A DNA stretch of 62,567 nt, the filler included. It is 6 parts of 6 records of this genome, joined end to end, with 100 filler letters (N's around TTAATTAATTAA, not from the genome) between each part and the next. Parts side by side here need not be neighbours in the genome. Positions count along the whole stretch, not along the records: positions 1 to 13,989 come from SRR31156797_5834; positions 14,090 to 20,782 come from SRR31156797_5848; positions 20,883 to 39,568 come from SRR31156797_5853; 3 more parts are not named here. One strand, written 5' to 3'. Positions 10,606 to 20,883 of the stretch are shown piece by piece. Each line of letters begins with the position of its first letter. Positions within the stretch are counted from its first letter, which is position 1. Position numbers and translations under genes: made by a program. The notes under the pieces were generated by a model that searched no databases, was not told where the DNA came from, and saw only the letters and a list, made by a program, of their open reading frames with translations.

Positions 10606-11151
10606 ACACATGTTGTCTACATGAGAGTATTCCTTGTAAAATGTCAAAGAACTTAAATGAAGTCTTTTTTAGAATTTCTAATCTTTCTAAACTTTTTTAT
10701 TAGAAACTATTTAGACAGAATTATTCCGTTTTATAAATTCCTTTTTTGCAGTAATCGATTAAGCCAGTTTAAATACTTAAATTTTGACAACTTATGACAT
10801 AAAACCTTTTGCTTCTTAATCGACAGATACAGAGTGCTTTGAACAATTCTTTTTTAATATTATTTTTGCTTTTAAAACACAGATACCCTTACAGTTACAT
10901 ACATTTTTGCAACCCCATTTCTTATCCCATTTCGTTTCATTTTCGTTCTTTCGAAGCCGAACTTCTCAAAAACGTAAAAGAAAAGTTACAACAATTAACT
11001 TTGAATTCAATAAAAGTAAATAGAAATTTATGAATTGTATTATAGAATATATGACTAAAAAATGCTGTAATGGTCTGATATGATGAACCTTTAGAGACAT
11101 TAAGATTTTCCATATTTTTTTACTTTTTACATTAATTATTAGACCAATTAT

Positions 11152-11159
11152 TATTTTTG
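11152..11159 (+). promoter_or_regulatory. Bacteroidota -7 promoter element (TAnnTTTG)
   Basis: TATTTTTG just upstream of the MBL hydrolase start. Confidence 0.5.
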
Positions 11160-11169
11160 TCTGACAGTA

Positions 11170-11949
11170 ATGTGCAATAAGTTAAATACAAAAATATCTT
11201 TTTTAGGCACCGGAACATCTCAGGGAGTACCGGTTGTTGCCTGCAATTGTGAGGTATGCCAGTCTACCGATGCTAAAGATAAACGACTGCGCTCTTCGTT
11301 GTTACTTACCATTAACGATAAAAATTTTGTTATTGATGCTGGTCCCGACTTTCGTTATCAGATGTTACGCGAAAATGTTAAATCACTACGAGCCATACTG
11401 TTAACACACGAACATGTAGATCACATTTTTGGTCTTGATGATATCCGCTCATTTAACTGGATACAAAAAAATCCGATGGAGATTTATGCTGAAAAAAGGG
11501 TACAGGAAGCAATTCGCCGTATTTTCAACTATGTTTTTGCTTCGTTTAAATATCCTGGCATTCCGAAGATGCAATTAAATGAAGTTAATGGAAAGCCCTT
11601 CGTTATTGATGGTATTGAGTTTATACCTATTCGGTGCTGGCATCATAAATTGCCTGTTTATGGGTACAGGGTAGGGGATCTGACCTATATAACCGATGCA
11701 AACTATATAGAAGACACGGAGCTGGAGAAAATAAAAGGAAGCAAAATTTTAGTCATTAACTGTTTAAGAAAAGAAAAACACATATCTCACTTTAATCTTA
11801 ATGACGCATTGGCTGTAATTGAAAAAGTTAAACCCGGCAAAACTTATTTCACACACCTTAGCCATGCATTTGGAAAACATGAAGAGATAGAAAAAGAACT
11901 ACCCGAAAATGTTTTTGTAGCTTATGATGGATTAAAACTTGAGTTTTAA
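11170..11949 (+). CDS. MBL-fold metallo-hydrolase (PhnP/YcfH-adjacent LipB-like phosphodiesterase type)
   Basis: FLGTGTSQGVP..CNCEVC, THEHVDH, THLSH, AYDGL. Confidence 0.9.
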   Translation: MCNKLNTKISFLGTGTSQGVPVVACNCEVCQSTDAKDKRLRSSLLLTINDKNFVIDAGPDFRYQMLRENVKSLRAILLTHEHVDHIFGLDDIRSFNWIQKNPMEIYAEKRVQEAIRRIFNYVFASFKYPGIPKMQLNEVNGKPFVIDGIEFIPIRCWHHKLPVYGYRVGDLTYITDANYIEDTELEKIKGSKILVINCLRKEKHISHFNLNDALAVIEKVKPGKTYFTHLSHAFGKHEEIEKELPENVFVAYDGLKLEF

Positions 11950-11977
11950 ACGAAGTCTTATGTGTTTGTTTATTTTC

Positions 11978-13159
11978 TTAAGTATTTAAAGTGGACTTCG
12001 GTTTTAACCACGGAAACGAAACAAGCAAAGCAGAAACGAAATAAATCAATCCGGCAACTCCAAAGGCTCTGCCTAAACTGACATGGTCTGTTATCCAGCC
12101 AAGTAAAGGCCCTATACCCGCAAAAGCTATGCGAATAATAAAATTACGCACCGATAACATGGTTGCCCTAACTTCACTATTGGTATATTGATTGATGTAA
12201 TTTTTTAAAATTGGAGTAGCTATGCCTCGCGTCAGGTAAAACATAAACAGAAATATAAATCCCCAGTAGGAGATATAAATTCCGGAGAGAAAGTAACCAG
12301 CTGACAACAATAAAATAACCGATAGAATCGACCAACGTTTGCCCAAAAACATTTCCACTTTGTATGCAAAAACTGATGAAACACCAACGGTTAAATTTAG
12401 GGCTGTCCAAAATATCCCATACATTTCGGTGGGCAGGCCAATGGCCACAAAAAAGGGTTGAACAAACCAGGCAAAAGTTAGCGTAGCTGTTCCACTAACT
12501 GCCGACAATAAAATGGCAATGCGCAAGTTGTGGTTAGTAATAAGTGTAGTTTTTATATTGTGAACCAGTTTTTTTATGGAATGTACATGTTCAGCAACCT
12601 GAATTTTAGGCTCAATCATAGTTAATGCGGCCGGAATGGCAATTGAAGCCACAACAAACTGAAAATAGAAGGGGGTACGAAAACTAATAACGGCCAGAAA
12701 ACCACCTAGTGTTCCTGCAATTGCCTCTGCAAAATTTCCTACCGAGGTTATCCGGCCTTCTTCACGAGTATATTTACTGGTTTTGTTATCTGCTTTAAGG
12801 CTGTCGTAAAGCATAGCCGAATCGGCACCTGAAACAAACGAATGGCCTATCCCAAGTATAATCTCAGCTACAACGAAAGCCCAAAATCCGTACGAAATAC
12901 TGTAGGTCATAAAACCTATGCTCCCCAAAATACTTCCCAGTATCAAGGTTTTTTTTCGTCCCCATACATCGGCCATCCATCCTGAAGGGATTTCCATAGC
13001 AACAATAGCCACAGAGTAAATAGATTTTAGTATAAATAGTTCGTAGGTCCCCATGCTGTTCGATTGGATAAATAACAACATTACAGGCATAACCATGTTA
13101 AACCACTTCGAAATTTTAATCAGGTATAATCGCGGAATATTTTTACTGAAGTTTGCCAT
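11978..13159 (-). CDS. MFS transporter
   Basis: EIPSGWMADVWGRKK (motif A), SGADSAMLYDSL, about 12 hydrophobic segments. Start moved to ATG 13159 because a TAnnTTTG element sits at 13171-13178 on the - strand. Confidence 0.88.
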   Translation of the reverse strand: MANFSKNIPRLYLIKISKWFNMVMPVMLLFIQSNSMGTYELFILKSIYSVAIVAMEIPSGWMADVWGRKKTLILGSILGSIGFMTYSISYGFWAFVVAEIILGIGHSFVSGADSAMLYDSLKADNKTSKYTREEGRITSVGNFAEAIAGTLGGFLAVISFRTPFYFQFVVASIAIPAALTMIEPKIQVAEHVHSIKKLVHNIKTTLITNHNLRIAILLSAVSGTATLTFAWFVQPFFVAIGLPTEMYGIFWTALNLTVGVSSVFAYKVEMFLGKRWSILSVILLLSAGYFLSGIYISYWGFIFLFMFYLTRGIATPILKNYINQYTNSEVRATMLSVRNFIIRIAFAGIGPLLGWITDHVSLGRAFGVAGLIYFVSALLVSFPWLKPKSTLNT

Positions 13160-13392
13160 AAAATCAGCTGCAAAAATAATGTTTCCTTCTAACACAACAC
13201 CTAAAAATGATCTTGCAGTTTGAAATATTTAGCTCACCTTTTCTTTTAAATTGAAAGTAGAATTATATTTTTGCTTTTACAGACAGATAACTTAAAAGTA
13301 TTAACCGCACAACATAAAAGTGCGAGGAAACATAGGCCCCAAAGATTTATAATATTCTTTCAGTCTATTGTTTTCTGTTTAAAATTATTCGT

Positions 13393-13989
13393 ATGAAACT
13401 ATCAATTCCAAAAGGGTATCAATCGGCTTTGGATATAAATCAAACCGAGCAAGCCATTAAAAAAATCAAAGATTTTTTCCAACTAAACCTGGCATCGGAA
13501 CTACGATTGCGAAGGGTAACGGCTCCTTTATTTGTTAAACAAGGCACAGGTATAAACGACGACTTAAATGGCATTGAACGTCCGGTTGCATTTCCTATGA
13601 AAGATTTGGGAGAAGCAAAAGCAGAGATTGTACAGTCGTTAGCTAAGTGGAAAAGAATGGCTTTGGCCGAATTGAAAATTGAAGAAGGGTATGGCCTTTA
13701 TACCGATATGAACGCCATTCGCCCCGATGAAGAACTAACCAATCTTCACTCATTGTATGTGGATCAGTGGGATTGGGAGCGCGTTATAACAGCAGAACAA
13801 CGTAACCTAGATTATTTGAAATACATTGTTAAAAAGATCTATTCTGCGTTGATACGTACTGAATTTCACATATGTGAGAGCTACCCTGCACTGAAGCCAG
13901 AGTTGCCCGAAGAAATTACTTTTATCCATACAGAAGAACTGGCAGCCAAATATCCCGACCTGACACCATTTGAACGCGAATCGAAAGAA
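13393..13989 (+). CDS. asnA: Aspartate--ammonia ligase (3'-partial)
   Basis: EIVQSLAKWKR, GLYTDMNAIRPDE, HSLYVDQWDWE. TAnnTTTG element at 13266-13273. Confidence 0.95.
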
Positions 13990-14089
13990 NNNNNNNNNNN
14001 NNNNNNNNNNNNNNNNNNNNNNNNNNNNNNNNNTTAATTAATTAANNNNNNNNNNNNNNNNNNNNNNNNNNNNNNNNNNNNNNNNNNNN
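13990..14089. other. Artificial contig linker
   Basis: 100-nt N run with central TTAATTAATTAA (stops in all six frames). Confidence 0.97.
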
Positions 14090-14194
14090 CAGGGCAGGGT
14101 GAAATTCCCGACCGGCGGTGATAGTCCGCGAATCTGTAACAAGATTGAACTGGTGTGATTCCAGTACCGACAGTACAGTCTGGATGGGAGAAGA
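14090..14194 (+). ncRNA. FMN riboswitch (RFN element), 5' end clipped by the contig edge
   Basis: CAGGGCAGGGTGAAATTCCCGACCGGCGGT...AGTCCGCGA...GATTCCAGTACCGACAGT..AGTCTGGATGGGAGAAGA matches the RFN consensus and lies upstream of ribD. Confidence 0.97.
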
Positions 14195-14266
14195 AAAACA
14201 ATTGATCGATTTGATTAATTCATGCCAATGGAAAGATTTTTTTCTTTTGGTGAACCTATAATAAAT

Positions 14267-14307
14267 GCCCTGAATAGTTTAAGAACTGTTCAGGGCTTTT
14301 TGTTTTT
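14267..14307 (+). terminator. Riboswitch-controlled intrinsic terminator
   Basis: GCCCTGAATAGTT-TAAG-AACTGTTCAGGGC followed by a T tract. TGCCCTG (14266-14272) is complementary to CAGGGCA (14090-14096), giving an antiterminator. Confidence 0.88.
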
Positions 14308-15426
14308 ATGCAGATGAGTAAAGATTACGATTACATGCAAATGGCTTTCGAGCTTGCAAAAAAAGGAATTGGACAAGTAAATCCAAACCCTTTGGTAGGT
14401 GCTGTCATTGTAAAGAACGATGAGGTAATTGGTAAAGGATACCATGAATATTTTGGTGGACCTCATGCCGAGGTGAATGCTTTTCGTTCTGCAAAAGAAT
14501 CGGTAGAAGGTGCTACAATGTATGTAACATTGGAACCTTGTTCTCATTATGGCAAAACACCACCATGTGCTGAAGCAATTGTAAAAAACAAAATTGGCAA
14601 GGTTGTGATTGGAATGCTAGATCCAAATCCTTTGGTGGCAGGTAGAGGAGTTAAGATTTTAGAGGAGAATGGAATTGAGGTAGATTTTGGTTATTTGTGT
14701 GAAGAATTGACCGAAATGAATCGAGTTTTCTTAAAATATATCCAAACCAAATCACCTTATGTAGTGATGAAAACGGCTATGACATTGGATGGGAAAATTG
14801 CCAGCAGAACTGGAGATTCTCGCTGGGTGTCAAACGGAAAATCGAGAGCCCGAGTACATGAGTTGAGAAATGAATTGTCTGCGATAATGGTTGGTGTTAG
14901 TACGGTGATTGCCGATGATCCAATGCTAACTACCAGATTAAAAGATAAAGAAGGCAGAAATCCAATTCGGATTGTTGTTGATAGTAGTTTGAGAACTCCT
15001 TTGAATGCGAAGATTTTAAATTCCAGCAATGAAGCTAAAACAATAATAGTTGTTACTGATGTTGCTGATTCAGATAAAATTAAAGCAGTAGAAGAGATAG
15101 GGAATAAGGTGTTTGTTGTTGATTCTTTAAACGATCGAGTTGATCTGTCAAAATTGATGGTGAAATTGGGTGAAGAAGGAATTGATGGAATTCTTCTTGA
15201 AGGAGGAGCTACTCTTAACTTTTCAGCATTGAAAGCCGAAATTGTTGATGAGGTAATTTCTTTTATAGCTCCAAAGATTATTGGTGGTGCAGAAGCAAAA
15301 TCACCAGTAAGTGGTATAGGGATTGAATTGATGAAAAATGCAATTGAGTTGAATGATATAAAAATTGATCAGTTTGATCAAGATCTGATGTTAACTGGAA
15401 AAGTAAAAAAATGTTTACAGGATTAA
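14308..15426 (+). CDS. ribD: Bifunctional riboflavin deaminase/reductase
   Basis: NPNPLVGAV, HAE, TLEPCSHYGKTPPC, TLDGKIA, LEGG. Confidence 0.97.
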   Translation: MQMSKDYDYMQMAFELAKKGIGQVNPNPLVGAVIVKNDEVIGKGYHEYFGGPHAEVNAFRSAKESVEGATMYVTLEPCSHYGKTPPCAEAIVKNKIGKVVIGMLDPNPLVAGRGVKILEENGIEVDFGYLCEELTEMNRVFLKYIQTKSPYVVMKTAMTLDGKIASRTGDSRWVSNGKSRARVHELRNELSAIMVGVSTVIADDPMLTTRLKDKEGRNPIRIVVDSSLRTPLNAKILNSSNEAKTIIVVTDVADSDKIKAVEEIGNKVFVVDSLNDRVDLSKLMVKLGEEGIDGILLEGGATLNFSALKAEIVDEVISFIAPKIIGGAEAKSPVSGIGIELMKNAIELNDIKIDQFDQDLMLTGKVKKCLQD

Positions 15427-16067
15427 TTGAAGAAATAGGAAGTATTAAGTCCATACAGAAAGGTGGAAAAGCGATACGATTAGGTATTTCGGCTCATAAA
15501 ATTATGGATGATGTGAAACTTGGTGACAGTATTGCAACAAATGGTATTTGTTTGACTGTTGTGAGTTTCGATTCTAAAGGTTTTTCGGCAGATGTAATGC
15601 CAGAAACCATGAGTAGAACCAATTTTGGATTGCTTGCTGCAGGTAGCAGAGTGAATTTAGAAAGAGCTGTTCGTGTAGGTGATCGTTTAGGTGGTCATAT
15701 GGTTAGCGGACATGTTGATGGAATAGGAGAAGTTGTAGGAAAGGAACAAGATGATAATGCCATTTGGGTAAGCATTGCTGCTCCTAAAAATATATTGAAG
15801 TATGTAATCGAAAAAGGTTCAATTGCAATTGATGGTATCAGCTTGACTGTGGCATATGTGGATGAGAAGATTTTTAAAGTATCCATTATTCCATTAACAC
15901 AGGAGGATACAACATTGACTTCGAAAAAAACAGGTGAAAAGGTGAATTTGGAATGTGATATGACAGCAAAGTATATCGAGAAATTCATGTTTCACAGAGA
16001 TGAGGAAGCAGAAGATAAGCAATCGAATATTTCGATGGATTTTTTGAAAGAGAACGGATTTGCATAA
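15411..16067 (+). CDS. ribE: Riboflavin synthase
   Basis: MFTGLIEEIG N-terminus, GDSIATNGICLTV, GGHMVSGHVDG. Confidence 0.97.
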   Translation: MFTGLIEEIGSIKSIQKGGKAIRLGISAHKIMDDVKLGDSIATNGICLTVVSFDSKGFSADVMPETMSRTNFGLLAAGSRVNLERAVRVGDRLGGHMVSGHVDGIGEVVGKEQDDNAIWVSIAAPKNILKYVIEKGSIAIDGISLTVAYVDEKIFKVSIIPLTQEDTTLTSKKTGEKVNLECDMTAKYIEKFMFHRDEEAEDKQSNISMDFLKENGFA

Positions 16068-16094
16068 TTGAAAACAAACAACAATACATAAACT

Positions 16095-17342
16095 ATGAAT
16101 TTTCATACTATTGAAGAAGCGATTGAAGACATCAGACAAGGGAAGATGATTGTGGTGGTGGATGATGAGGATCGTGAAAATGAAGGTGATTTGTTAATGG
16201 CTGCCGAAAAGGTTACTCCTGAGGCAATCAATTTTATGGCTCGTCAGGCGGGTGGTTTAATTTGTATGCCAATTGTAAAAGAGAGGTTAGATGAATTAGA
16301 TATCGACATGATGGTGTACAATAATACTGATGCAAAGCAAACTGCTTTCACCGTTAGTATTGATGCTGCAGATTGTACTACAGGTATCTCTGCTCATGAG
16401 CGTGCTCATACTATTTTAAAAGTTTTTGATAAGGAAGCAAAGCCTGAAGATTTTACTCGCCCGGGACATATTTTCCCCTTAGTGGCTCGTAAAAACGGAG
16501 TGTTGGTTCGTGCTGGTCATACTGAAGCTGCAGTGGATTTGGCTCGTATGGCGGGTTTGTATCCTGCTGGTGTGATTTGCGAAATCATGAACGAAGATGG
16601 ATCTATGGCTCGTGTTCCTCAGTTAAAGGAATACATTGCGAAACATGACCTGAAGATGATTACGATTGCTGATTTAATTGAGTACCGTCGTCAGACTGAA
16701 AGCATGATTGAAAAAGTGACTGAAACAGATATGCCAACAAAGCATGGAGATTTTAGAGCTCATGGTTATATCAATAAAATCACTGGAGAGCATCATGTTG
16801 CTTTGGTAAAAGGTGATGTAAATACTGATGAATCGGTTTTGACTCGTGTTCATTCTGAATGTTTAACGGGAGATGCTTTTGGATCATTAAGGTGTGATTG
16901 TGGTGACCAATTGCAGGAAGCAATGAAAAGAATTAATGATGCCGGAAGTGGTGTTTTATTATATATGCGACAAGAAGGACGTGGTATTGGATTAATTAAC
17001 AAACTACGTGCTTACCAATTGCAGGATATGGGAATGGATACTGTTGAAGCAAACTTGGCTTTAGGCTTTAAAGCTGATTTGCGTGATTATGGTATTGGTG
17101 CTGCAATTCTTGCCGATTTGGGCGTTAAAAATTTGAAATTGATGACCAATAACCCTCTTAAAGTTGCGGGTTTAAAAGGATATGGAATTAAGATTGTCGA
17201 TAGAGAAGAAATAGAAATGTCGCATCACGAGAAAAATGAGTTTTACATGATGACCAAAATGAAGAAAATGGGTCATATGTTACATCAGGATGTGAAGTGG
17301 AATCTTCAGAACGATGACAAGAAAGTAAAAAGAGTGAAATAA
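16095..17342 (+). CDS. ribBA: DHBP synthase / GTP cyclohydrolase II
   Basis: [44 protein letters not shown]. Confidence 0.97.
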   Translation: MNFHTIEEAIEDIRQGKMIVVVDDEDRENEGDLLMAAEKVTPEAINFMARQAGGLICMPIVKERLDELDIDMMVYNNTDAKQTAFTVSIDAADCTTGISAHERAHTILKVFDKEAKPEDFTRPGHIFPLVARKNGVLVRAGHTEAAVDLARMAGLYPAGVICEIMNEDGSMARVPQLKEYIAKHDLKMITIADLIEYRRQTESMIEKVTETDMPTKHGDFRAHGYINKITGEHHVALVKGDVNTDESVLTRVHSECLTGDAFGSLRCDCGDQLQEAMKRINDAGSGVLLYMRQEGRGIGLINKLRAYQLQDMGMDTVEANLALGFKADLRDYGIGAAILADLGVKNLKLMTNNPLKVAGLKGYGIKIVDREEIEMSHHEKNEFYMMTKMKKMGHMLHQDVKWNLQNDDKKVKRVK

Positions 17343-17375
17343 TTCGAATAAAATAACAGTTAAACAAGATATAAG

Positions 17376-17837
17376 ATGAATACTATTGAAGGTAAATTAA
17401 TCGCTGAAGGCTTAAAATTTGGAATCGTAGCTGGTCGTTTTAATGAGTTTATTGGAGGTAAATTATTAGGTGGTGCATTAGATGCTATTAACCGTCACGG
17501 AGCATCAGAAGATGATGTTGATGTGGCATGGGTTCCAGGTGCATTCGAAATCCCATTGGTTGCTAAAAAAATGGTAAAAAGTGGAAAGTACGATGCAGTA
17601 ATCTGTTTAGGGGCTGTAATCAAAGGTTCTACTCCTCATTTCGAGTATGTTTCAAGCGAGGTTACTAAAGGTGTTGCTAGCGTATCACTAGATACTGAAG
17701 TGCCAGTTATTTTTGGTGTGTTAACAACTGATTCTATCGAACAAGCTATTGAGCGTGCTGGAACGAAAGCAGGTAACAAAGGATTCGAAGCAGCTGTTTC
17801 AGCTATCGAGATGGCTAATTTATTAAAGCAATTCTAA
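17376..17837 (+). CDS. ribH: 6,7-dimethyl-8-ribityllumazine synthase
   Basis: [27 protein letters not shown]. Confidence 0.97.
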   Translation: MNTIEGKLIAEGLKFGIVAGRFNEFIGGKLLGGALDAINRHGASEDDVDVAWVPGAFEIPLVAKKMVKSGKYDAVICLGAVIKGSTPHFEYVSSEVTKGVASVSLDTEVPVIFGVLTTDSIEQAIERAGTKAGNKGFEAAVSAIEMANLLKQF

Positions 17838-17860
17838 TCTGAATAATCAGATATTGAGAT

Positions 17861-17899
17861 AAAAAAAACCGATGATTTTACTCATCGGTTTTCTTTGTT
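17861..17899. terminator. Bidirectional intrinsic terminator
   Basis: AAAACCGATGA...TCATCGGTTTT flanked by A/T tracts, between convergent ribH and the pseudouridine synthase gene. Confidence 0.85.
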
Positions 17900-19270
17900 T
17901 TAGAAGTTTTTCAACATCCTAACTTCTTCTTCCGAAAGGAATCTCCATTTTCCTCTTGGTATATTTTTCTTCGTAATTCCTGCAAAAAACACTCGGTCCA
18001 GTTTTTCTACTTCATAACCTAAATGTTCGAAAATACGACGAACAATTCTGTTTCTTCCAGAATGAATTTCGATTCCGACTTGAGTTTTGTCTTTCTGATC
18101 TGCAAAGCTAATTGCATCAGCTTTAATCTCACCATCTTCAAGCTCCAACCCTTTTGAAACCATATCTAATTCTTCTTGAGTAATTTCACGATCAAGGAAT
18201 ACATGATAGATTTTTTTCTTGTTGTAACTTGGGTGGGTTAAACGCTTGGTTAAATCGCCATCATTGGTGAAAAGCAAAACGCCAGTTGTCATGCGATCCA
18301 ATCTTCCAACCGGATAAACTCTTTCGTCGCAAGCATTTTTGATTAAATCGATAACAGTTTTACGTCCCATCGGATCATCCAATGTGGTCACAAAATCTTT
18401 TGGCTTGTTTAATACGATGTATACTTTTGCTTCCGGCTGAAGAAGTATATCATCCATACAAACTTTATCTTTTAGATTAACCTTAGTACCAACTTCGGTT
18501 ACCACTTTACCATTAACAGTAACTCTACCATCTGCAATTCTGATATCAGCTTCTCTTCGAGAGCAAGCACCAGTATTGGAAATGTATTTGTTCAAACGTA
18601 AAATACCATCAACAGGACCCATCATTTTGGCATGTGCAAGTTGTTTCTTCTTGCTGTAATGCTTTTTTTGAAGAACATCCTTCTTTGGCTTATTTTTGAA
18701 TCTGTTTGCTCTTTTTTCCTCTAGCTCTTTTTCCGATTTCTCATCCAATTCTCTCTTATTATCTGAGAATTTCCCTCGTCCTCTTTCATCTCTACGGTTT
18801 CTTGGATTCCAATCTCTCTTAGATCTTCTTGAATCTCTTGAAAAATCATCCTCCGAAGAATCTGAAAATGGTTTTCTATCTCCATCTTCCTTACGGAAAT
18901 TTTTGTCAAGTTTTCTTTTGCCTTTGAAAGAACGCTCACCGTCCTCATTGTTTCTTCTATAGTTCGAATCACGCCCTCTTTCGAATCTAGGTTTCGATTC
19001 ATCTCTATTCGATCTTCTAGAATCTCTTGAAAAACTATCTTCTGAAGAATCTGAAAATGTTTTTCTATCTCCTTCTTTCTTGCGGTAGTCTTTGTCGAAT
19101 TTTCTTTTGCCTTTAAAAGTTCGATCTCCATCTTCTTTGCCTCTCCTGGAATCTGAACCATTCCCTCTTTCAAACCTAGGTTTCGACTCTTCAGAGTTTC
19201 TATTACTGTATCTTTTTGATCCAAATGAAGATCTCTCTCTACTTGGTTTACCTTTTCTATTATCTTCCAT
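17900..19270 (-). CDS. rluB: rRNA pseudouridine synthase (RluB/RsuA family) with a long charged N-terminal extension
   Basis: S4 domain RLNKYI..CSRREAD, VGRLD catalytic motif, GRNRIVRR. Start likely ATG 19270; TACCTTTG promoter element at 19302-19309 on the - strand. Confidence 0.88.
   Translation of the reverse strand: MEDNRKGKPSRERSSFGSKRYSNRNSEESKPRFERGNGSDSRRGKEDGDRTFKGKRKFDKDYRKKEGDRKTFSDSSEDSFSRDSRRSNRDESKPRFERGRDSNYRRNNEDGERSFKGKRKLDKNFRKEDGDRKPFSDSSEDDFSRDSRRSKRDWNPRNRRDERGRGKFSDNKRELDEKSEKELEEKRANRFKNKPKKDVLQKKHYSKKKQLAHAKMMGPVDGILRLNKYISNTGACSRREADIRIADGRVTVNGKVVTEVGTKVNLKDKVCMDDILLQPEAKVYIVLNKPKDFVTTLDDPMGRKTVIDLIKNACDERVYPVGRLDRMTTGVLLFTNDGDLTKRLTHPSYNKKKIYHVFLDREITQEELDMVSKGLELEDGEIKADAISFADQKDKTQVGIEIHSGRNRIVRRIFEHLGYEVEKLDRVFFAGITKKNIPRGKWRFLSEEEVRMLKNF
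18812..19189 (-). repeat. Two in-frame 189-nt (63-aa) tandem copies
   Basis: ESKPRFERG...FKGKRK.DK..RK..GDRK.FSDSSED.FSRDSRRS.RD at 19001-19189 and 18812-19000. Confidence 0.9.
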
Positions 19271-19476
19271 TTCTGAATAAATGATCAATGTTCTGAACCT
19301 GCAAAGGTATTAATAATCAAAGAATATATTAATCCGAGAATTAATAAATTTAAATTAAAAGGAGTGATGCATGAATTTGTTTTACTAATTTTGGATTTCA
19401 AAAGTTAAACAGTCCTAAAAAGCTGTTATTATTTTGATCTTAAATTGATCTGTAAACATTAAATGAAACATATAAA

Positions 19477-20782
19477 ATGACATTAATTAAATCAATTTCG
19501 GGAATCCGAGGTACAATTGGAGGTCAGGTTGGCGATGGCTTGAGTCCTCTTGATGTGGTGAAATTTTCAGCAGCGTACGGAACATGGGCTTTACGTAGAC
19601 ATAATGGAACCAAAATTAAAGTGGTTGTTGGTCGCGATGCTCGTATTTCTGGTGAAATGGTTGACAAGTTAGTTGTTGGAACATTAATGGGGCTTGGTAT
19701 TGATGTAATTGGAATAGGATTGGCATCAACTCCTACTACAGAATTGGCAGTAACGGAAGAAAATGCACATGGAGGTATTATTCTTACAGCAAGTCATAAC
19801 CCAAAACAATGGAATGCGCTGAAATTATTAAATGAAAAAGGTGAATTCTTGAATGATGAGGATGGAAAATTAGTTCTTTCTATTGCAGATAGAGAAGATT
19901 TTCAATTTGCCGAAGTAGATGATTTAGGAAAAGTAACTTATGTTGATGATTACAATCAAAAGCATATTGATCATGTAATGTCATTAGACTTGGTAGATGT
20001 TGAGGCAATTAAAAAAGCTAATTTTTCTGTTGCTATTGACGCAGTAAATTCAGTAGGTGGTATCGCAATTCCCCAATTGTTAAAAGCATTAGGAGTGCAA
20101 AATGTTGTGGAATTGTATTGCGAACCAAATGGGCAATTTCCTCATAATCCGGAACCACTTCCTGAGAATTTGACCGAAATCGCGAATGTAATGAAGCAAG
20201 GAAAAGCTGATTTAGGTTTTGTGGTGGATCCTGATGTAGATCGATTGGCAATTGTGAACGAAGATGGAAGCATGTTTGGTGAAGAGTATACTTTGGTTGC
20301 CTGCGCAGATTACGTGTTGGCTAATACTCCTGGTAATACAGTGTCAAACCTTTCTTCGACCAGAGCTCTTCGCGATGTAACCGAGAAACACAATGGAAGC
20401 TACGAAGCATCAGCAGTAGGTGAGGTGAATGTAGTTACCAAGATGAAAGCTAACAATGCCATTATTGGTGGTGAAGGTAACGGTGGCATTATCTATCCAG
20501 AGAGCCATTATGGTAGAGATGCATTGGTTGGAGTCGCTCTGTTTTTAACTCACTTGGCAAAAACTGGTAAAAAAGCGTCTGAGCTTAGAGCGAGCTATCC
20601 AAACTATTTTATTTCTAAAAATAAGATACAATTAACACCGGAAATTGATGTTGATGCTGTTTTGGTAGCTATGAAAGAAAAATATCAACATGAAAATGTA
20701 AACGATATTGATGGTGTAAAAATAGATTTTGCTAATGAATGGGTTCATTTGAGAAAATCGAATACCGAACCAATAATTCGTA
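19477..20782 (+). CDS. glmM: Phosphoglucosamine mutase / phosphohexomutase (3'-partial)
   Basis: SISGIRG, TASHNP phosphoserine motif, DPDVDR, GGEGNGG, RKSNTEP. Confidence 0.88.
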
Positions 20783-20882
20783 NNNNNNNNNNNNNNNNNN
20801 NNNNNNNNNNNNNNNNNNNNNNNNNNTTAATTAATTAANNNNNNNNNNNNNNNNNNNNNNNNNNNNNNNNNNNNNNNNNNNN
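20783..20882. other. Artificial contig linker
   Basis: N run with TTAATTAATTAA. Confidence 0.97.
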
Positions 20883-20883
20883 A

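Noticed and set aside
10809-11033. 74-aa ORF in the divergent intergenic region
   Set aside because: TTG start, low-complexity AT-rich sequence, no recognisable motif.
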